Assembly: GCA_016180285.1 (NCBI GenBank)
Contig: JACPBO010000022.1
Coordinates: 1-37,733, forward strand
DNA from: Candidatus Woesearchaeota archaeon
GTDB lineage: Archaea > Nanobdellota > Nanobdellia > Woesearchaeales > JACPBO01
Length of the DNA stretch: 37,733 nucleotides
Reading direction: 5' to 3'
The notes under the pieces are model-generated. The model made no database searches, had not been told where the DNA came from, and saw nothing but the letters and a program-made list of their open reading frames with translations. A program made the translations under genes and the position numbers. This document shows positions 35,858 to 37,733 of the stretch, one piece after another. Every line of letters begins with the position of its first letter. Positions within the stretch are counted from its first letter, which is position 1.

Positions 35858-36298
35858 ATGGACCCGTTCATATTAATGATGGGAATCGATATAGAACTGG
35901 ATTATCAGTTAGAAACAACAATAGATGGAAGTTTCAGAGATGAAACAATAAATGCCTTAATTGATTATTTGCATGATGCAAGTAACCTAAACGAAAAAGG
36001 CCAACACGTCATAAACAGAGTTCATAAATGGAGAGAAAGCTACTTGGAACAACTAAATGAAGAAATTAGTGCAGGTCATGTATTAAAACATCAAATGCAG
36101 CTATGGTTAAGGTCATGTAAAGGCGAAGAAGGGTGGAAAGATATTCTTTATACACATCCTGTTGTGAAAGACCTGCAAACAGGGCAAAATCGCCAAAGAG
36201 TCAATCTTGATGCTAAATTATGTGACTATATCTTTCATGATAAAGGCACAGATAAAGATATATTAATACTGGAGGCAGCTTATGTGCCAGTATGTTAA
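35858..36298 (+). CDS. Putative ubiquitin-like (beta-grasp) protein B, paralog of A, ends VPVC
   Basis: Colinear with 35376-35855; 137-bp block differs at one base. Confidence 0.6.
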   Translation: MDPFILMMGIDIELDYQLETTIDGSFRDETINALIDYLHDASNLNEKGQHVINRVHKWRESYLEQLNEEISAGHVLKHQMQLWLRSCKGEEGWKDILYTHPVVKDLQTGQNRQRVNLDAKLCDYIFHDKGTDKDILILEAAYVPVC

Positions 36299-36328
36299 AA
36301 ATATGAAAATTAGCCGGCAAAGAAAAAA

Positions 36329-37642
36329 ATGAGCATAAACTTACCAGACCATCCATTTTTTGAATTTGTTGAAAAACGCCCTACTTTAATATGGGGAAAG
36401 GAACTTTATACAGCTTCTGGGCAGGAGATAGCATCTGAAATTGGCAACTTGTTCGTTTTAGCTAATACAAAATTCAGATTAGAAAAAATAGATGATACAC
36501 TAGAAGAATACGATAAAAATTATATGAAAGAAAAGGAAAATAGAGAGTCATTCGATAAATCAATAGAGGAAGAGTTCAAAAAACAAAACGGTCTTAATGT
36601 AAACGTATTGGATGAAATAAAACAAAGTTATAAGGCATCATATCTTACACAAGTTTTGAACACGCTCAATCCGGCTAGAAGGAAAGAAATATCAAAACCA
36701 GATCAGGAAATAGATATCGAAAAAACATTAAGTTCACTATCAATTTTAAATAAAAATTTTTTTACTGATGCAACTAAATATTTTTGCTTCAATAATATAA
36801 TCTATGCATTGAAAGAGAATGGAAATAGAGAACAATATCATGTTCTATTTCATGGAGAAAAACACTCTCTTTATCATATTTGTTTATTGGAGGACATAAA
36901 AAATAAATTTAATGAAGCATGTAAATCTGAATTGAAAAAAGTGGTCGATAAATATTCTAATTCGGCAATAAAAATCATAGAAAATAATAAAAAATTAAAA
37001 GAATTTTTTAGAGGCAATAAAAGTGAAAGTGAGCACTATGAAGAACATAAGCAAAAATATAGGTTTCCATTAAAATATGGCCTTAAAAAAAGCGGTGAAA
37101 CTTATTATGCTTTATTGCAATGTCCTCCGCACGCTTATGTAGATGATGATGGGGCCCATTATGTATTTGAAGAGGAATATATTGCATTAAGGATCCCTTT
37201 TAAAGAAAATGGTAAGGCTGATATGATATATATGATTGACAGAAATGGCAATGAAATAGGAGAAAATTTACCTCGCATATTAAATAAAGACTATATGCAT
37301 CCTGCTATCAGCAGTACGAACTCATCCATACGAACAGTATGCTATAGAGGAGAAAACTACTTAGATAATGCAAGGTTTATTGAAGATGATTATGAGGACT
37401 CAATAAAATCAAAAGTTTTGGAAGAAGATGATAAAAAAGCCGGAAAAATAGGGCACATATTAATAATGGCAGGGGTAGACGCCATGACCAAAGGTTTAAC
37501 AAAAGCGATAAGGCCAAACACCTATCTTCATCAGCTCCCAAATCTCTCAAAAATAAAAACAACAAAGGAAGGATTTGAAATTTGGATGAAGAATAAGATG
37601 GCAGAAGGTTATCCAAGATTCGATCCAGTTCCAGTAAAATGA
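36329..37642 (+). CDS. Putative E2/UBC-like protein with long N-terminal extension
   Basis: PRILNKDYMHPAISSTNSSIRTVCY matches the UBC pattern P-x-V...(Y/F)HPN(I/V)...G-x-IC; Cys codon 37340-37342. Confidence 0.6.
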   Translation: MSINLPDHPFFEFVEKRPTLIWGKELYTASGQEIASEIGNLFVLANTKFRLEKIDDTLEEYDKNYMKEKENRESFDKSIEEEFKKQNGLNVNVLDEIKQSYKASYLTQVLNTLNPARRKEISKPDQEIDIEKTLSSLSILNKNFFTDATKYFCFNNIIYALKENGNREQYHVLFHGEKHSLYHICLLEDIKNKFNEACKSELKKVVDKYSNSAIKIIENNKKLKEFFRGNKSESEHYEEHKQKYRFPLKYGLKKSGETYYALLQCPPHAYVDDDGAHYVFEEEYIALRIPFKENGKADMIYMIDRNGNEIGENLPRILNKDYMHPAISSTNSSIRTVCYRGENYLDNARFIEDDYEDSIKSKVLEEDDKKAGKIGHILIMAGVDAMTKGLTKAIRPNTYLHQLPNLSKIKTTKEGFEIWMKNKMAEGYPRFDPVPVK

Positions 37643-37733
37643 CACCGCAAACCTTAGAAGAAATAACTGAAATTGAAATATACAAATCAGTGCTTGAAAA
37701 GATGAAGAATTATAGCTTGATCCTTCATGAGTT
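37639..37733 (+). CDS. Partial gene (5' end), possibly JAB/MPN protease
   Basis: ATGA overlap; MTPQTLEEITEIEIYKSVLEKMKNYSLILHE resembles the MPN strand1-helix1 pattern; catalytic motif lies outside the window. Confidence 0.35.
   Translation, partial: MTPQTLEEITEIEIYKSVLEKMKNYSLILHE

Noticed and set aside
35376..36298. Diversity-generating retroelement TR/VR pair
   Set aside because: Both copies are full ORFs, differences are not restricted to adenines, and no reverse transcriptase is in the window
377..37685. Many 60-140 aa antisense or alternate-frame ORFs in the track
   Set aside because: Shadow ORFs inside well-supported genes, with no motifs or RBS
15245..37733. Provirus or integrative element at the tRNA
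   Set aside because: lysS lies between tRNA and island; no integrase, capsid, terminase or tRNA 3' repeat seen

Overview
AT-rich archaeal chromosome segment. S8e, L10e, L15e, a class I LysRS, an intron-containing tRNA and TATA-box promoters show it is archaeal; a DPANN lineage such as Woesearchaeota is my inference. Bases 1-17 kb are mostly housekeeping and small accessory genes: a bacterial-type lspA, a RelE toxin-antitoxin pair, an EndoIII-like glycosylase, NUDIX, rdgB, HIT, a Na/Ca antiporter, a split HAD hydrolase and tRNA-Met(CAT). From about 17 kb to the end lies an all-plus-strand accessory region with four parts. (i) Six tandem genes share an N-terminal L-x-x-K-I-x-(E/K)-L tag, and two of them end in a shared predicted beta-hairpin stalk with a hydrophobic tip. 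(ii) An Lrp/AsnC regulator lies among three palindrome+TATA promoters. (iii) A cluster encodes a lipoprotein, an Mrr-like nuclease, coiled-coil proteins, a classic-clade AAA ATPase and a transglutaminase/AAA+/wHTH fusion. (iv) The best candidate for an undescribed system is an apparent ubiquitin-like conjugation operon: an LDH/MDH-like Rossmann protein, two ubiquitin-like paralogs lacking Gly-Gly, an E2-like protein with an HP...C motif, and the truncated start of a possible JAB/MPN protease. All fold calls come from motif reading by eye and need HMM or structure confirmation.
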